Source: a virus
Length of the DNA stretch: 64,000 nucleotides
Virus record (IMG/VR): IMGVR_UViG_3300032080_000001
Coordinates: 59,874 to 123,873 of that record
Reading direction: 5' to 3' (one strand)
Part shown: positions 10,295 to 20,063 of the stretch, piece after piece
How the letters are laid out: each line of letters begins with the position of its first letter
Numbering within the stretch: position 1 is the stretch's first letter
Translations under genes and position numbers: made by a program
The notes under the pieces: generated by a model
Seen by the model: the letters and a program-made list of their open reading frames with translations, nothing else
What the model was told of the DNA's origin: nothing
The model's database searches: none

Positions 10295-12643
10295 ATGTCT
10301 GACCTCTCTACTTATCGCCCGCTCGACCCCGGCATGGGCGAAGCCGTCTTCGGCCGCACGTACATGCGATTCGACAAGCACGGCGTCGCGGAAGACTGGG
10401 GTAACGCCTCGGACCGCACAAGCTACGGCAACGTCTCCCTGGTGGACCCCGAGCCCGAGACGAACATCGAGTACCACCAGATGCGCCAGGCCATGCGCCG
10501 GGGCGTGCTGGCGATGAGTGGCCGCCATCTCCAGCAGGGCGATGCCCTCCAGAAGACCCGGCCGATGGAGGTCTTCACCAACTGCTCGACGGCCCCGTGG
10601 TCGTGGGGGAAGTTCTACCTGCTCCTGAACGGTTCCGGCGTCGGACGCTTCTACGCGGACGGGTTGACGCCGGTAGACTGGCGCCAGATGCCGGACGTGG
10701 CCCTCGTCATCGGCTCGGTGCCGCAGACGTACAAGGGCACGCACCTCAAGTCCGGCCACCTGCACCCCGAGGCCAAGAAGGCGTGGGCCGCCGGATTCCA
10801 GAACCGTGACGCATTTCTGCGCGACCTCAACACCCGGGGGCGGAAGCACTTCCTCTTCCCGGTGCCGGACTCCCGCGAGGGGTGGGCGCAGGCGGTCGAG
10901 ATGCTGGAGTCGATGGCGTACGCCGGGTCGTATAGGAACACCCTCGTCATTCTGGACTTCTCCGAGGTACGCCCCGAGGGTGCCCCCATCGGCGGAATGC
11001 AGGACCGTCCCGCCAGTGGACCGCTCCCGCTCATGGAAGCGCTGCGCGACCTGGCGGCGCTCAAGCACGGAGACATGCGTCCGTGGAAGCAGGCGATGCA
11101 CGTGGACCACTACCTCGCCCGTACCGTGCAGGTCGGCGGCGCCCGTCGTGCGGCTCGCATCGCGGTGAAGCCGTGGACGGACCCGGTCGAGGACGTGCTG
11201 GAGTTCATCCACGTCAAGCAGAACGACAGCCAGGCGGGCGGCGACGGCCTGTGGTCGAGCAACAATTCGGTGGGCGTGGATGCGGAGTTCTGGCGTCTTG
11301 TCGGAGCGGCGCAGGCGAAGTTCATCAACGTCTACGGTGTTTCAGCAGCCACGACGCTCACGCGTGAGGAAACGAAGGCGTGGCGTATCTTCGAGGCGGC
11401 GAGTCGCGCCGCGTACGAGCACGGCAACGGGGAGCCCGGCTGGCTCAACCTCGACAAGCTGGCGCAGAACGACGAGGGTATGGAGGTCTACGACGACGGC
11501 ATCTTCGCGCAGTCCGACCGCTACACGCCGATGCCCCTCACGAAGGCGCTGTCGGCGGCGCTGGTCGCGGCCGTGAAGGCGCTGCCGTACAAGTACATCG
11601 TGAACCCGTGCGGCGAGATTTCGCTCTTTGCCCTCGGCGGGTTCTGCGTCATCGCGGACGTGGTGCCGTTCCACGCCGATACGCTGGACGAGGCTCGGCA
11701 GGCGTTCGTGCTGGCGGCCAGGGCGCTGATGCGGGTGAACACGATGGAGAGCATGTACTCGAAGGAGGTCCATCGTACGAACCGCATCGGGGTGGGATTC
11801 ACGGGCATCTTCGAGTTCGCCTGGAAGTTCTTCGGCCTGACCTTCCAGGACCTCATCGCGGACTACGACCTGCTGATGCGTCCGTGGAACCCGACCGACC
11901 ACTGGAAGGTGATGCGGTCGCAACTCTTCTGGCGCTGGATGTGGGAGACCTCGCAAGTCGTCATCGAAGCGACGAAGAAGTACGCGTCCGAACTCGGCGT
12001 GGCCGTGCCGCACACGGTGCTGACGGTGAAGCCAAGTGGCACCATCTCGAAGCTGTGGGGCGTTACCGAGGGCGCGCATCCGTCCGCCTTCCGCGAGTAC
12101 CTGCGGTGGACGCAGTTCAACAAGGCGTCGCAGTCGGACCTCGTCGCGGAGTACGAGGCGAAGGGCTACCCAGTCGTGTGGGACATCGTGAACGCGCAGG
12201 GCGTGAACGTATACCCGAGCGTGGCCATCGTGGGCTTCCCGACGCGCCCGCTGATTCGCACTCTCGGCATCCCCGAGGAGCGGTTTACCACGGCCAGCGA
12301 CGTGACGTTCGCGGACCACTTCAAGTGGGTCTCGCTCATCGAGCGATTCTGGCTCGGAGCAGAGAAGGGCAACCAGGTCTCGTACACCGCGAAGTTCGAC
12401 AAGCGCGTCACGTCGTACGAGGAGTACACGCGGGCCATCCAGACCTGGATGCCGAAGGTGAAGGCCATCTCGGTGCTCGCCACGAGCGATTACGCCGAGA
12501 CGGTGGCGACGTTCGGCTACAGCCCCGAGCAGCCCATCACGGCCGAGGAGTACGAGGAGTACATGGCGGTCATCACGCAAATGGCGGAGACGTTGACCGA
12601 CGACGACCTCCGCTGCCTGGGCGGGGCCTGCCCCATCATTTGA
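10295..12643 (+). CDS. nrdJ: Class II (B12-dependent) ribonucleotide reductase
   Basis: FTNC, GSGVG, DSREGW, VGGARRAA, NPCGEI, TVKPSGT and C-terminal CLGGACP. Confidence 0.92.
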   Translation: MSDLSTYRPLDPGMGEAVFGRTYMRFDKHGVAEDWGNASDRTSYGNVSLVDPEPETNIEYHQMRQAMRRGVLAMSGRHLQQGDALQKTRPMEVFTNCSTAPWSWGKFYLLLNGSGVGRFYADGLTPVDWRQMPDVALVIGSVPQTYKGTHLKSGHLHPEAKKAWAAGFQNRDAFLRDLNTRGRKHFLFPVPDSREGWAQAVEMLESMAYAGSYRNTLVILDFSEVRPEGAPIGGMQDRPASGPLPLMEALRDLAALKHGDMRPWKQAMHVDHYLARTVQVGGARRAARIAVKPWTDPVEDVLEFIHVKQNDSQAGGDGLWSSNNSVGVDAEFWRLVGAAQAKFINVYGVSAATTLTREETKAWRIFEAASRAAYEHGNGEPGWLNLDKLAQNDEGMEVYDDGIFAQSDRYTPMPLTKALSAALVAAVKALPYKYIVNPCGEISLFALGGFCVIADVVPFHADTLDEARQAFVLAARALMRVNTMESMYSKEVHRTNRIGVGFTGIFEFAWKFFGLTFQDLIADYDLLMRPWNPTDHWKVMRSQLFWRWMWETSQVVIEATKKYASELGVAVPHTVLTVKPSGTISKLWGVTEGAHPSAFREYLRWTQFNKASQSDLVAEYEAKGYPVVWDIVNAQGVNVYPSVAIVGFPTRPLIRTLGIPEERFTTASDVTFADHFKWVSLIERFWLGAEKGNQVSYTAKFDKRVTSYEEYTRAIQTWMPKVKAISVLATSDYAETVATFGYSPEQPITAEEYEEYMAVITQMAETLTDDDLRCLGGACPII

Positions 12644-12713
12644 CCAAGGCTACCAGTACTGTACCGGGAGCCCGGTAGGCGGGCTCCCCACTACTCGACG
12701 AGGATTCTTACGA

Positions 12714-12992
12714 ATGAGCAAGAAGCTGCTGTTCTTCCATCAGGCTAACTGCCCGCCCTGCGAAGAGGCCAAGCCCAAGATTGCGGCACTCCTGCTGCGT
12801 GGGCTCGCTGTCCACTACATCGACCTGACGCCCGGAGAGCAACAGCACCCGCAGGCGGCGGAGCTGGTCCAACGCTACCGGGTGAAGTTCACCCCGACCG
12901 CCGTGGTCGTGGACGCCGACACCGGCGAGCGGCGCGGCTCGCAGTTCGGCAAGCTCATCAACACCGAGACCCTGGTATCGTTGCTCTCATAA
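12714..12992 (+). CDS. Thioredoxin/glutaredoxin-like protein
   Basis: CPPC plus cis-Pro loop FTPT; adjacent to the RNR. Confidence 0.85.
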   Translation: MSKKLLFFHQANCPPCEEAKPKIAALLLRGLAVHYIDLTPGEQQHPQAAELVQRYRVKFTPTAVVVDADTGERRGSQFGKLINTETLVSLLS

Positions 12993-12996
12993 GAAT

Positions 12997-13020
12997 GGCC
13001 CGCTTCGGCGGGCCTTCTTC
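12997..13020 (+). terminator. Stem-loop terminator
   Basis: GGCCCGC-TTCG-GCGGGCC followed by TTCTT. Confidence 0.7.
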
Positions 13021-13087
13021 GTATGCCCTTGACAAAACGTGTTGTAACGATTACTTTACTCGCACTTCACCCGCACCAGAAAGACAC

Positions 13088-15231
13088 ATGGACGACTACG
13101 TGACGCCTCGGAAGGGGCAAGTATGGAAGCACCGGCACCTCGGCCGGGAAATGGAGGTTCTCTCTTCGGATGGGGAGAACGTCCGTATCCTGGCGGTGCA
13201 GGGCAGGGAACGGTCCATCCCGGTTGGGATGCACGCCACCCAGCTGAACTCGCACTACGAGTACGTGCGGGACGTACCCGTGACCCAGGACTCGAAGCCG
13301 GAATGCGGCGGATGCCGTCAACCTCCGTGCGCGAAGGGACACAAAAGCGCCGCATCCCCGCTCAAGGGACACAAAGGAGGGGAGCTTCTACCGCCAGGGG
13401 TGAACCCTTTCCCTCTGGAGGTTGGGCCTCTGTCTGCTGAGGAGGGTGTGTGACCGAGGACAACAGCAAGAAAGCGTTGGCCCGTCTGTCCGCTACCGGA
13501 CGTAAGTGCGACCACTGCGGCACGCACATCGGGCGGTGGACAGACAAGTGCCACTACGACCCGGTCTTCGACCGCGCGTACTGCTCCACCAACGGCTGCG
13601 CGGTAAAGTTCAGCCGCTCCCCGTTCTGCGCGGGCTGTGGATGTCAGGTGAATCCCTTCGAGACGAAGGGTGTTACACGGTTGCCGGGCGCCGGAGGGGA
13701 GATTACCTACTGCGCTGCCTGCTCCGTGGATGACTCGCTGGACGAAGAGCCGCCTACCGTGCCCGCCAAGAAGGCGAAGCGTTCGAGGGGGACGGACGGT
13801 ATCGTCATCCCGGCGCCGCTGGTGGTCCTGAGCAGCGAGCCGCCGACCGAGTCGGAGATGCGAGACGCCGAAGCAGGGCCGTACCGAGTGGTGGAAACGC
13901 GACCGGGGTGGTACCAGGTGAGGTTCCGCAACCAGGTGCGGTCCACCGGCCCGGACAAGAACCGCCTGACGAAGCTCTGCGCGAGATTCAACGCGCAGTA
14001 GGGTCCTCTCCTTCGCGGAGGGGAGTTGACAAACATCCGAGTGTGCCGTTACTGTCCTTGCACTCTACCGGTGACGCTGCGGCGTGAGGAACCAGCGGTA
14101 GAGACGGGTTGTACCGGTTTACAGACGACTCACCCATGTTGACTTTGAAGGGAGCAACACACTCCATGCAGGCCAATAACGCCGAAGTGATGGACCTGCT
14201 CGACGCCCGACATGCGTTCGAGTTCTACGTGGGCGGCAAGCGAGTAGACGGGCCTAACGGCTTACTCGGGTCGCTGGCCGCGATGAAGGAAATCCTGCAC
14301 GGCAACCCGGACGGGGCCGTCGAGGGGGAGTTCACCGTGAAGGTTCGTGCTCGCATGGACGAGAGCCCCGAGGGCTACCCGGTTCTTCGCATCGTGAGCG
14401 AGGACCTGGTGAGCTTCTGCCCGGACAACACGACGAAGGAGCGGAAGCTCATCGTCGTCCAGGGTAACCCGATGGCCGACCGGCGCAACGCACCGCGCGC
14501 GGAGGACGCGGCCGAGCAGCCGAAGAGCGTGCGCAACCGTTCCACCCACCTGCGCGCGCTGCCCAGCGCCGCAAGCCTCGCCACCTCGGCGGCGGCAGTG
14601 CTGGCCTCCGTTGCCGAAACGCTGACGCCCGTCCTCGGCTGAGTAAGAACGTGCGCCCCTAACGGGGCGCCTTCTTCTGACCCTTGACAAGCGCACATGA
14701 AACGTTTAAGTTAGTCTCACGTTGTTCTTACGGAACCCGGACGCAGTGTGTGGTAATGAAGACGACCATCGAGGCGGTGTACCGCTTGGGCCAACACGGA
14801 TGGGACTTCCGGCACACCGCTACGGGTTGGGAGGTCTTCGTGCGCTGGTTCGAGGGCATGGACGCCGAGGTCCTCGGGCGTGGCGACAACCTGGTCGATG
14901 CAGTCAAGGCCGCCGAAGCAAGAACCTGTAACCAGAAGCACGTACTATGAGAACCGTGTGGCTTGCACAAGAGAACGCGGACCTTACGGAGGGCCGGGGG
15001 CCGATGGTCACGAAGGGTGCGTTTTTTTGCAAGGAGGACGCGGAGCGCGCGGCAGCGAACCTCAAGAGAGTGTATGGCTTCGGCCACGGTGAGGTTGCGC
15101 GCGAGCCCTTGGAGGTGTGGAACTCATTCGAGGAGTGGCAGCAACATAACGACAACGCTGTCCGCAGCCGGGCGCTCGCCAAGCTTACCCCCGAGGAGCG
15201 TGAGGCGCTTGGGTTTGCGGGGGCCGAATGA
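13088..15231 (+). other. Hypothetical CDS 13088-13453, 13450-14001 (Cys-rich), 14166-14642, 14756-14950, 14947-15231
   Basis: Promoter-led ORFs with RBS; CxxC pairs in 13450. Confidence 0.6.
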
Positions 15232-15644
15232 CGGTGAAGCTCTACGTGGACGGCGGAAACCTGGGCGCCAATCCCAGCCCGCTGGGCGTGTACTGGAGCG
15301 TGGGGCGTGAGCACGCGGACGGCTCCGTCGAGCTGCTGACGGAGCGCCAGGAGAGCGCGAGCTACACGTCTAACAACCACGCGGAATACCTGGCTCTCAT
15401 CGACGCCCTGCGGCATGCGACGACGCTCTCCGGCCAGGAAGCCATCGAACGGGTGGTTATCCACTCTGACTCGCAGCTCATCGTGAACCAGTTCAACGGG
15501 AAGTGGACCATCAACGACCCGCTGCTTCGAGAGCTGTGCACGGCCGCCCATCGCGGCGCCGAGTTCCTTATCACTGGGCTGGGCGTGGACGTGGAGGTGA
15601 CGTGGGTGCGTCGCGCGGAGAACGTGAAGCGGCTCGGACACTGA
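15228..15644 (+). CDS. rnhA: Ribonuclease HI
   Basis: LYVDGG..GANP, SNNHAEYLAL, HSDSQLIVNQ, WVRRAEN. Confidence 0.88.
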   Translation: MTVKLYVDGGNLGANPSPLGVYWSVGREHADGSVELLTERQESASYTSNNHAEYLALIDALRHATTLSGQEAIERVVIHSDSQLIVNQFNGKWTINDPLLRELCTAAHRGAEFLITGLGVDVEVTWVRRAENVKRLGH

Positions 15645-15646
15645 CC

Positions 15647-16873
15647 ATGACCATCGAAGACCAGGTCTACCGTGCCGCCGTGGAAATGGAGGTGCGCACG
15701 TTGCGGAAGGGCGCGGCTCGTCACGTTTGGCTGAGCGAGTTGGACTACGCCCGCGCCCAGCGTGAGGCCGATGCCGAGCATCGTATCCTGAACGTGCACC
15801 ACATCTACCACGCAGGGAGGTATATCCCGGAGGGTTTTGCGGCGCTGATGGACGCGACCTTGAACGTCACGACTATCCTGCGCCTAGAGAGCTAAGCCGA
15901 TGAAGACAAAAACATACGCGGTGTCGGTGGTGCTGACGCGGATGAACACCGCGAGTATCAGCATCCACAACTTCCTCGGGGTCCGCACGGTGGCCAGCGG
16001 CCCGGATGCCGAAGACGCTGCTCGGGGAAGCGTGGTACAAGAGGCGTTGCAGGCCAATCCCGGTTTCGCGGTACACTTGATTCTCGCGCATGAGGTAGGC
16101 TGATGGGTACTGACGAACCGTGGAGCCCGGAGCGGGAGCGAGCGATGCGTGCCCGTACTCTTGAAGTCAAGGCGTACACGGGCTACGGCATCCCGTACGA
16201 GCATCTCAGGGGTTTGCCCGGCATCAAGGTGCAGCGGTTGGTGCCCGCCAAGCACAACGCTGGAATGTGCTCCTGCACCTGTCACGACGAGCCAGGCACC
16301 ACGCACTTCATGGCGTGCTGCACGCGGACGTACGAGCAGCGCATCCCGAAGCTGCTGCGCCCTACAGACTCGGAGTTCCTGGCGCTCTGGCAGGCTTCTT
16401 ACGAACGCTTCTTGGCCGCTGAAACCAACGAGGACCGCGACCGCGAGATTTACAACGGCCGCCTCCTGGTCCAGAAGCGCCTGCGGCGAGAAGACTGGAA
16501 CCGCGTGCCGAACCCCGCGACCCTCGTACGAAAGGACTGAGATGCACCCGAGCCACAAGACCCGCTTCTCCGACGCTTCCCGCTTCGACTACGTCTGCGT
16601 CTACTGCGGCGCGACCGACGAGACCGGGAACGGGTGGGGAGAGCTGGCGAAGCCATGCCCCAAGGCACCGCCTCCGGCCGCCGAGCCGTGAGGCTGCGGG
16701 CCATCCTCTGCGCCCTGTGGTTCGGCATCATACCGTGGTGGGTCTACGAGGAAGAGCGGCACTACCCGGAGCCGTACCTGGAGCACCTTTGGCTGAACCT
16801 CGTCTACGCGGCGCACTGGGCACTCGGCCGACAAACGCTTGGAGATGTACGCTTCGAGCTTGAGAACAACTAG
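15647..16873 (+). other. Small hypothetical CDS (15647-15895, 15900-16103, 16103-16540, 16542-16691, 16688-16873)
   Basis: Tightly packed same-strand ORFs. Confidence 0.55.
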
Positions 16874-17102
16874 CAGCCGAGGCTCGTACGCTGGGCGCCG
16901 AGGAACGGGAACGGTAAAGTAAACATAGTCTGCCCTTGACATACCGGTACCACGCTGTTATACTAGTGGCACGACGACGGACGACTAACGCGACGCCACG
17001 CAGCGCGCTTCCCGCCCGACAGGCCAGGCCCTAGAGCCAGTGGCGACACAGGGAATGCGGACGCGCAGCAAGACGAGACGCAGAAGTCCTGAGACGAACA
17101 AC

Positions 17103-17311
17103 GGGGCCGCGAATGAACGCCTCGCACATTGCGGTGCAACTCAGGGCTGGTGAAGGATACGGCGTTAAGCAGTAGCCAGCCTCCTTCGATGGGGATACGC
17201 CGTTCGTCCCGCAGTGTGGGCTCCATGCAGTTGGCGCAGCGCGCCGAGGCTGATTGACAACCGACGTTCTGTGACGAAGGTACACGGCCGCGACCACCGC
17301 GAGTCGGCCCC
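17103..17311 (+). ncRNA. Unrecognised ~210-nt pseudoknotted RNA
   Basis: Closing stem GGGGCCG/CGGCCCC with several crossing internal helices; no credible ORF. Confidence 0.55.
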
Positions 17312-17505
17312 ACGTTGACCCGGCAACCCCGGAGAGTGGGTTGTGGAGGAAGCAAGTCTCCTTACGAGCGCCAGAAGAGAGACCGACTCCCGTGTACCAC
17401 GCCGTGCCGAGGCCGCGCAATCTCTTCCTCGGCGTAACACCCCGCTCTTTCGTGTTGACCCGTTGGTAGGCCACGGCCGAAAACGACGAGCGAAGGATGC
17501 GGTTT

Positions 17506-17714
17506 AGTCGGAGGAGATATCCCGCCTGTATAGCACACGCGAGAAGACTCCTTGTTAAGACAGCCGCGCGGGGCGGCACGTGAGGAAAAGGGCTCACCCC
17601 TCCCTGGAGGGGGACACGCCGTCACCTCACCCCGCACTCTGCTCCTCTGGTGTAAGCAGCACCCCGTGTTCAGCGGCAGTCGAGGTTCAAGTCCTCGGAG
17701 GAGCATATCCGACT
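17506..17714 (+). ncRNA. tRNA-mimic RNA (tRNA-like module at 17641-17705)
   Basis: Acceptor GCTCCTC/GAGGAGC, T-arm CGAGG-TTCAAGT-CCTCG, shrunken anticodon arm; outer stem AGTCGGA/TCCGACT. Confidence 0.6.
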
Positions 17715-17815
17715 CCGGCACACGACGGAGAAAGCCCACGGAGCCTTGACTGGCCGAGAGACCTGCCGGTGGGATAAAGGATTCAGGCTGACAGCCGGGA
17801 AAGACCGGCACCTAC

Positions 17816-18211
17816 GGGCTCGCCAGGCTTCGACAGGTGCAGACGCAGGTGGAGGGTATGCGTGCAAGGGGCGTCTTCCGGTCTCTTTGAACACACGGAA
17901 GAAACTTCAAATGCCACTCGTAACGACGTGGTTGCCGTGAACGCGATTCCCGCGTACGCCCAGGCGTAAAACCCTGCGGTAGGCACCGGCCAAACCGACT
18001 CCGATAGGGGCGGCCGTACTGCATCGGAGGACACCGGGAAAGACTGGGGTGGACGGCCTGTGCACCTAAAACACGGCAGGGAAGGGGGTCAGACCTCCAG
18101 CGGGCCGCGTACGCCCGACCGCCCAACGAATGGGTCACACTACGCTACGCACGCTGAATAGTCCGAAACAGGCTTTGTGCTTGGACGCGGGTTCGATTCC
18201 CGCCGAGTCCA
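17816..18211 (+). ncRNA. ssrA: tmRNA
   Basis: 5' GGGCTCG..GGCTTCGAC; 3' GACGCGGGTTCGATTCCCGCCGAGTCCA with G3.U70 and discriminator A; tag ORF 17913-17969 reads ATRNDVVAVNAIPAYAQA*. Confidence 0.92.
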
Positions 18212-18215
18212 CTAA

Positions 18216-18355
18216 GAGGAGTCAGGTCCGATACTGGTAGGTGGGACGGGACGCGCACCGCCACCGGAGGGAGGTGAGAACCGCTGATGACCCTGTGCAC
18301 GGGTAGGCGGCAACTTGCCCCGAGGAAATATCCGGTAGCCCACCCCTGGCTCCTC
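18216..18355 (+). ncRNA. Unrecognised ~140-nt closed-stem RNA
   Basis: GAGGAGTCAGG/CCTGGCTCCTC 11-bp stem directly after the tmRNA. Confidence 0.5.
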
Positions 18356-18422
18356 CTGTTAGGCCGTACCGAACCGCAGCGGTTTCTGCGGGAGCTTCAC
18401 CACCTCAAAGAAAGGAACCGCA

Positions 18423-18554
18423 ATGGACCCGCTCATGGAGAATCCGTACCCGACCACCGGCGACCCGACCGAGTACCCCGTGCTGCCGCCGCTGGAGGAC
18501 GACCCCAACGGCCCCGCGCAGACTCCGGGCGCGCTGTTCCCTCTGCCGGGCTGA
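18423..18554 (+). CDS. 43-aa acidic Pro-rich peptide
   Basis: AGAAAGGA RBS; MDPLMENPYPTTGDPTEYPVLPPLEDDPNGPAQTPGALFPLPG (below the ORF-track cut-off). Confidence 0.6.
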   Translation: MDPLMENPYPTTGDPTEYPVLPPLEDDPNGPAQTPGALFPLPG

Positions 18555-18576
18555 CCGACGCCCTCAAGGAGTGGGG

Positions 18577-18756
18577 ATGAGTATTTTCAGCGCACCTGCG
18601 GTCTCCATCACGGAGACCGACAACACCGAACGTCCTCCGCTGCCCGGCGAGTCGAGCACGCTGCTGATTCCCGGCAGTGCGGAGCAGGGCGGGGGCGGCA
18701 TCGGGGACCCGAGCGGTGGGGGAGACCCGCCTCCCCCGGTGGAGCTGGGAGACTGA
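18577..18756 (+). CDS. 59-aa acidic Pro/Gly-rich peptide
   Basis: AAGGAG RBS before the ATG. Confidence 0.55.
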   Translation: MSIFSAPAVSITETDNTERPPLPGESSTLLIPGSAEQGGGGIGDPSGGGDPPPPVELGD

Positions 18757-18830
18757 CCTGGAACCCGGCCCGCAGCGGGTAGAAGTCTCTGCGGGACTGC
18801 AATCAACCACTTCACTCGAAAGGCACGACC

Positions 18831-19244
18831 ATGCTGTTCGGAAGCGCACAACAGGAGGAGCAGTTCAAGGAGAACCACTTCTTCGGACTGCATGACACCT
18901 GTGGCGGGGGTTACACTTCGCCCGCAGGTTGGGCGGAGGACGCGGCGTGGCACTGCGTCGGGGAATACGCGGCCATCGAGTACGAGAACGGGAAGCGTGT
19001 CGGTCTGCTCCTTCCGTACGCGAGCTACAGCAATCCGCGCAACTACGTCGAGAGCGCCTGGGCGAGGGACGCTATCTTGCGCGTGCGTACCTCGATGACC
19101 GGGGACAGCGCCGCGCACTTCGACACCAGCATCCCGACGAAGGGCATCAGCGACATCCAGTGGTTCTTCGCGTACGCGACTGACGAGAACTTCGCGGGGC
19201 CGCAGTACCAGAAGGACCCGCCCGCCCCGCAGCGGGTGCAGTAA
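18831..19244 (+). CDS. Hypothetical protein
   Basis: GAAAGG RBS and phage-like codon usage. Confidence 0.65.
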   Translation: MLFGSAQQEEQFKENHFFGLHDTCGGGYTSPAGWAEDAAWHCVGEYAAIEYENGKRVGLLLPYASYSNPRNYVESAWARDAILRVRTSMTGDSAAHFDTSIPTKGISDIQWFFAYATDENFAGPQYQKDPPAPQRVQ

Positions 19245-19394
19245 TTCTGCGGGTGGTGGAGAAGACGACCGTAACCGGTTGTCCCCAAACGAGGCTCGGG
19301 CGTGACGCCTCTGCGAAGCACGCCCCGTGGGCAATAGTCGGCTGGCAAGTTACCGGTGCTCTGCGCCAACCCACGTAAAACAAGTGACGTAACC

Positions 19395-19503
19395 GGGTGG
19401 GACGATGGTGGCCGGGTGAAGTAGGTAGCCCGGTGGACGGCAAGGCCGTCCGGTGCACCGCTCAAGGTGCTTCCGGGGTTCGAGTCCCCTCAGTCCCTTA
19501 CCC
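19395..19503 (+). ncRNA. tRNA-like RNA with non-canonical arms
   Basis: GGGAC/GTCCC closing stem, three hairpins, T-arm GGGG-TTCGAGT-CCCC. Confidence 0.55.
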
Positions 19504-19510
19504 ACTCCAC

Positions 19511-19722
19511 GCAACGCAGGAAAGCCGTAGCGCCCGCGATAGAGGCAGGCGCCGCTTTGGGGCGAAAGCCTGGCGAGTACGTGATAAGAAGTGGGTTTGT
19601 AAAGAAGGGCCGGTAGCCGTAGCGTGGACACGGCTGCGTGGTAGGCTCCACGGGTCGCGCAAGCGACCGCCTGACTTTTGAATGAGGGCCGGAAGTACCT
19701 GTTGTGGCAGGGAAACCGTTGC
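19511..19722 (+). ncRNA. Unrecognised ~210-nt structured RNA
   Basis: GCAACG/CGTTGC closing stem abutting tRNA-Lys; GNRA-capped hairpins. Confidence 0.5.
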
Positions 19723-19795
19723 GCCGCGTTAGCTCAGTTGGTAGAGCAGGGGACTCTTAATCCCAAGGTCGGAGGTTCGAACCCTCCACGCGGCA
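19723..19795 (+). tRNA. tRNA-Lys(CTT)
   Basis: Canonical cloverleaf, anticodon loop CTCTTAA; CCA not encoded. Confidence 0.95.
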
Positions 19796-19799
19796 TTAA

Positions 19800-20063
19800 G
19801 CGAAGTAGGGCGGGGATGAACGCGGCCGATAACAACGGTGCCGCCGACCTGTCGATTGCAACGGCCAGCCTGAGAGCGTACGGCTCAGGGGATACCCTAC
19901 TTCGTGATTCTGGAGCGAGGTGGCGTGGGGCGGAGTCACAGCTTCGCCTTAAAGCGGAAGGAGAAGTCCCACCTTCCCGCCTCGTAGAAGGTGCCCCGTT
20001 GACTGTGCTGGACGGCCCGGCTTGCCGGGGACGGTGTCCAGACTTGAAAAGCACTCACGCCAC
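19800..20063 (+). ncRNA. Two further closed-stem RNA candidates (19800-19905 and 19920-20063)
   Basis: GCGAAGTAGGG/CCCTACTTCGT and GTGGCGTGGG/CTCACGCCAC terminal stems. Confidence 0.45.

Noticed and set aside
11342-12580. Long minus-strand or alternate-frame ORFs (also 10271-11212, 25074-26156, 33643-35001)
   Set aside because: Shadows of high-GC genes with clear + strand motifs.
10295-12643. Intein or intron in nrdJ
   Set aside because: Normal length, continuous frame, no intein splice-junction motifs seen.
17340-17505. RNase P RNA
   Set aside because: GAGGAAGCAAGTC is not the GAGGAAAGUCC P4 motif and no matching 3' P4 strand was found.
18280-18330. Hammerhead ribozyme or SAM-I riboswitch (CTGATGA...CGGCAAC)
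   Set aside because: No GAAA directly after the stem following CUGAUGA, and the SAM-I P1/AUC core is absent.
19395-19503. tRNA-Sec
   Set aside because: TCA lies in a 6-nt loop and the arm layout does not fit.
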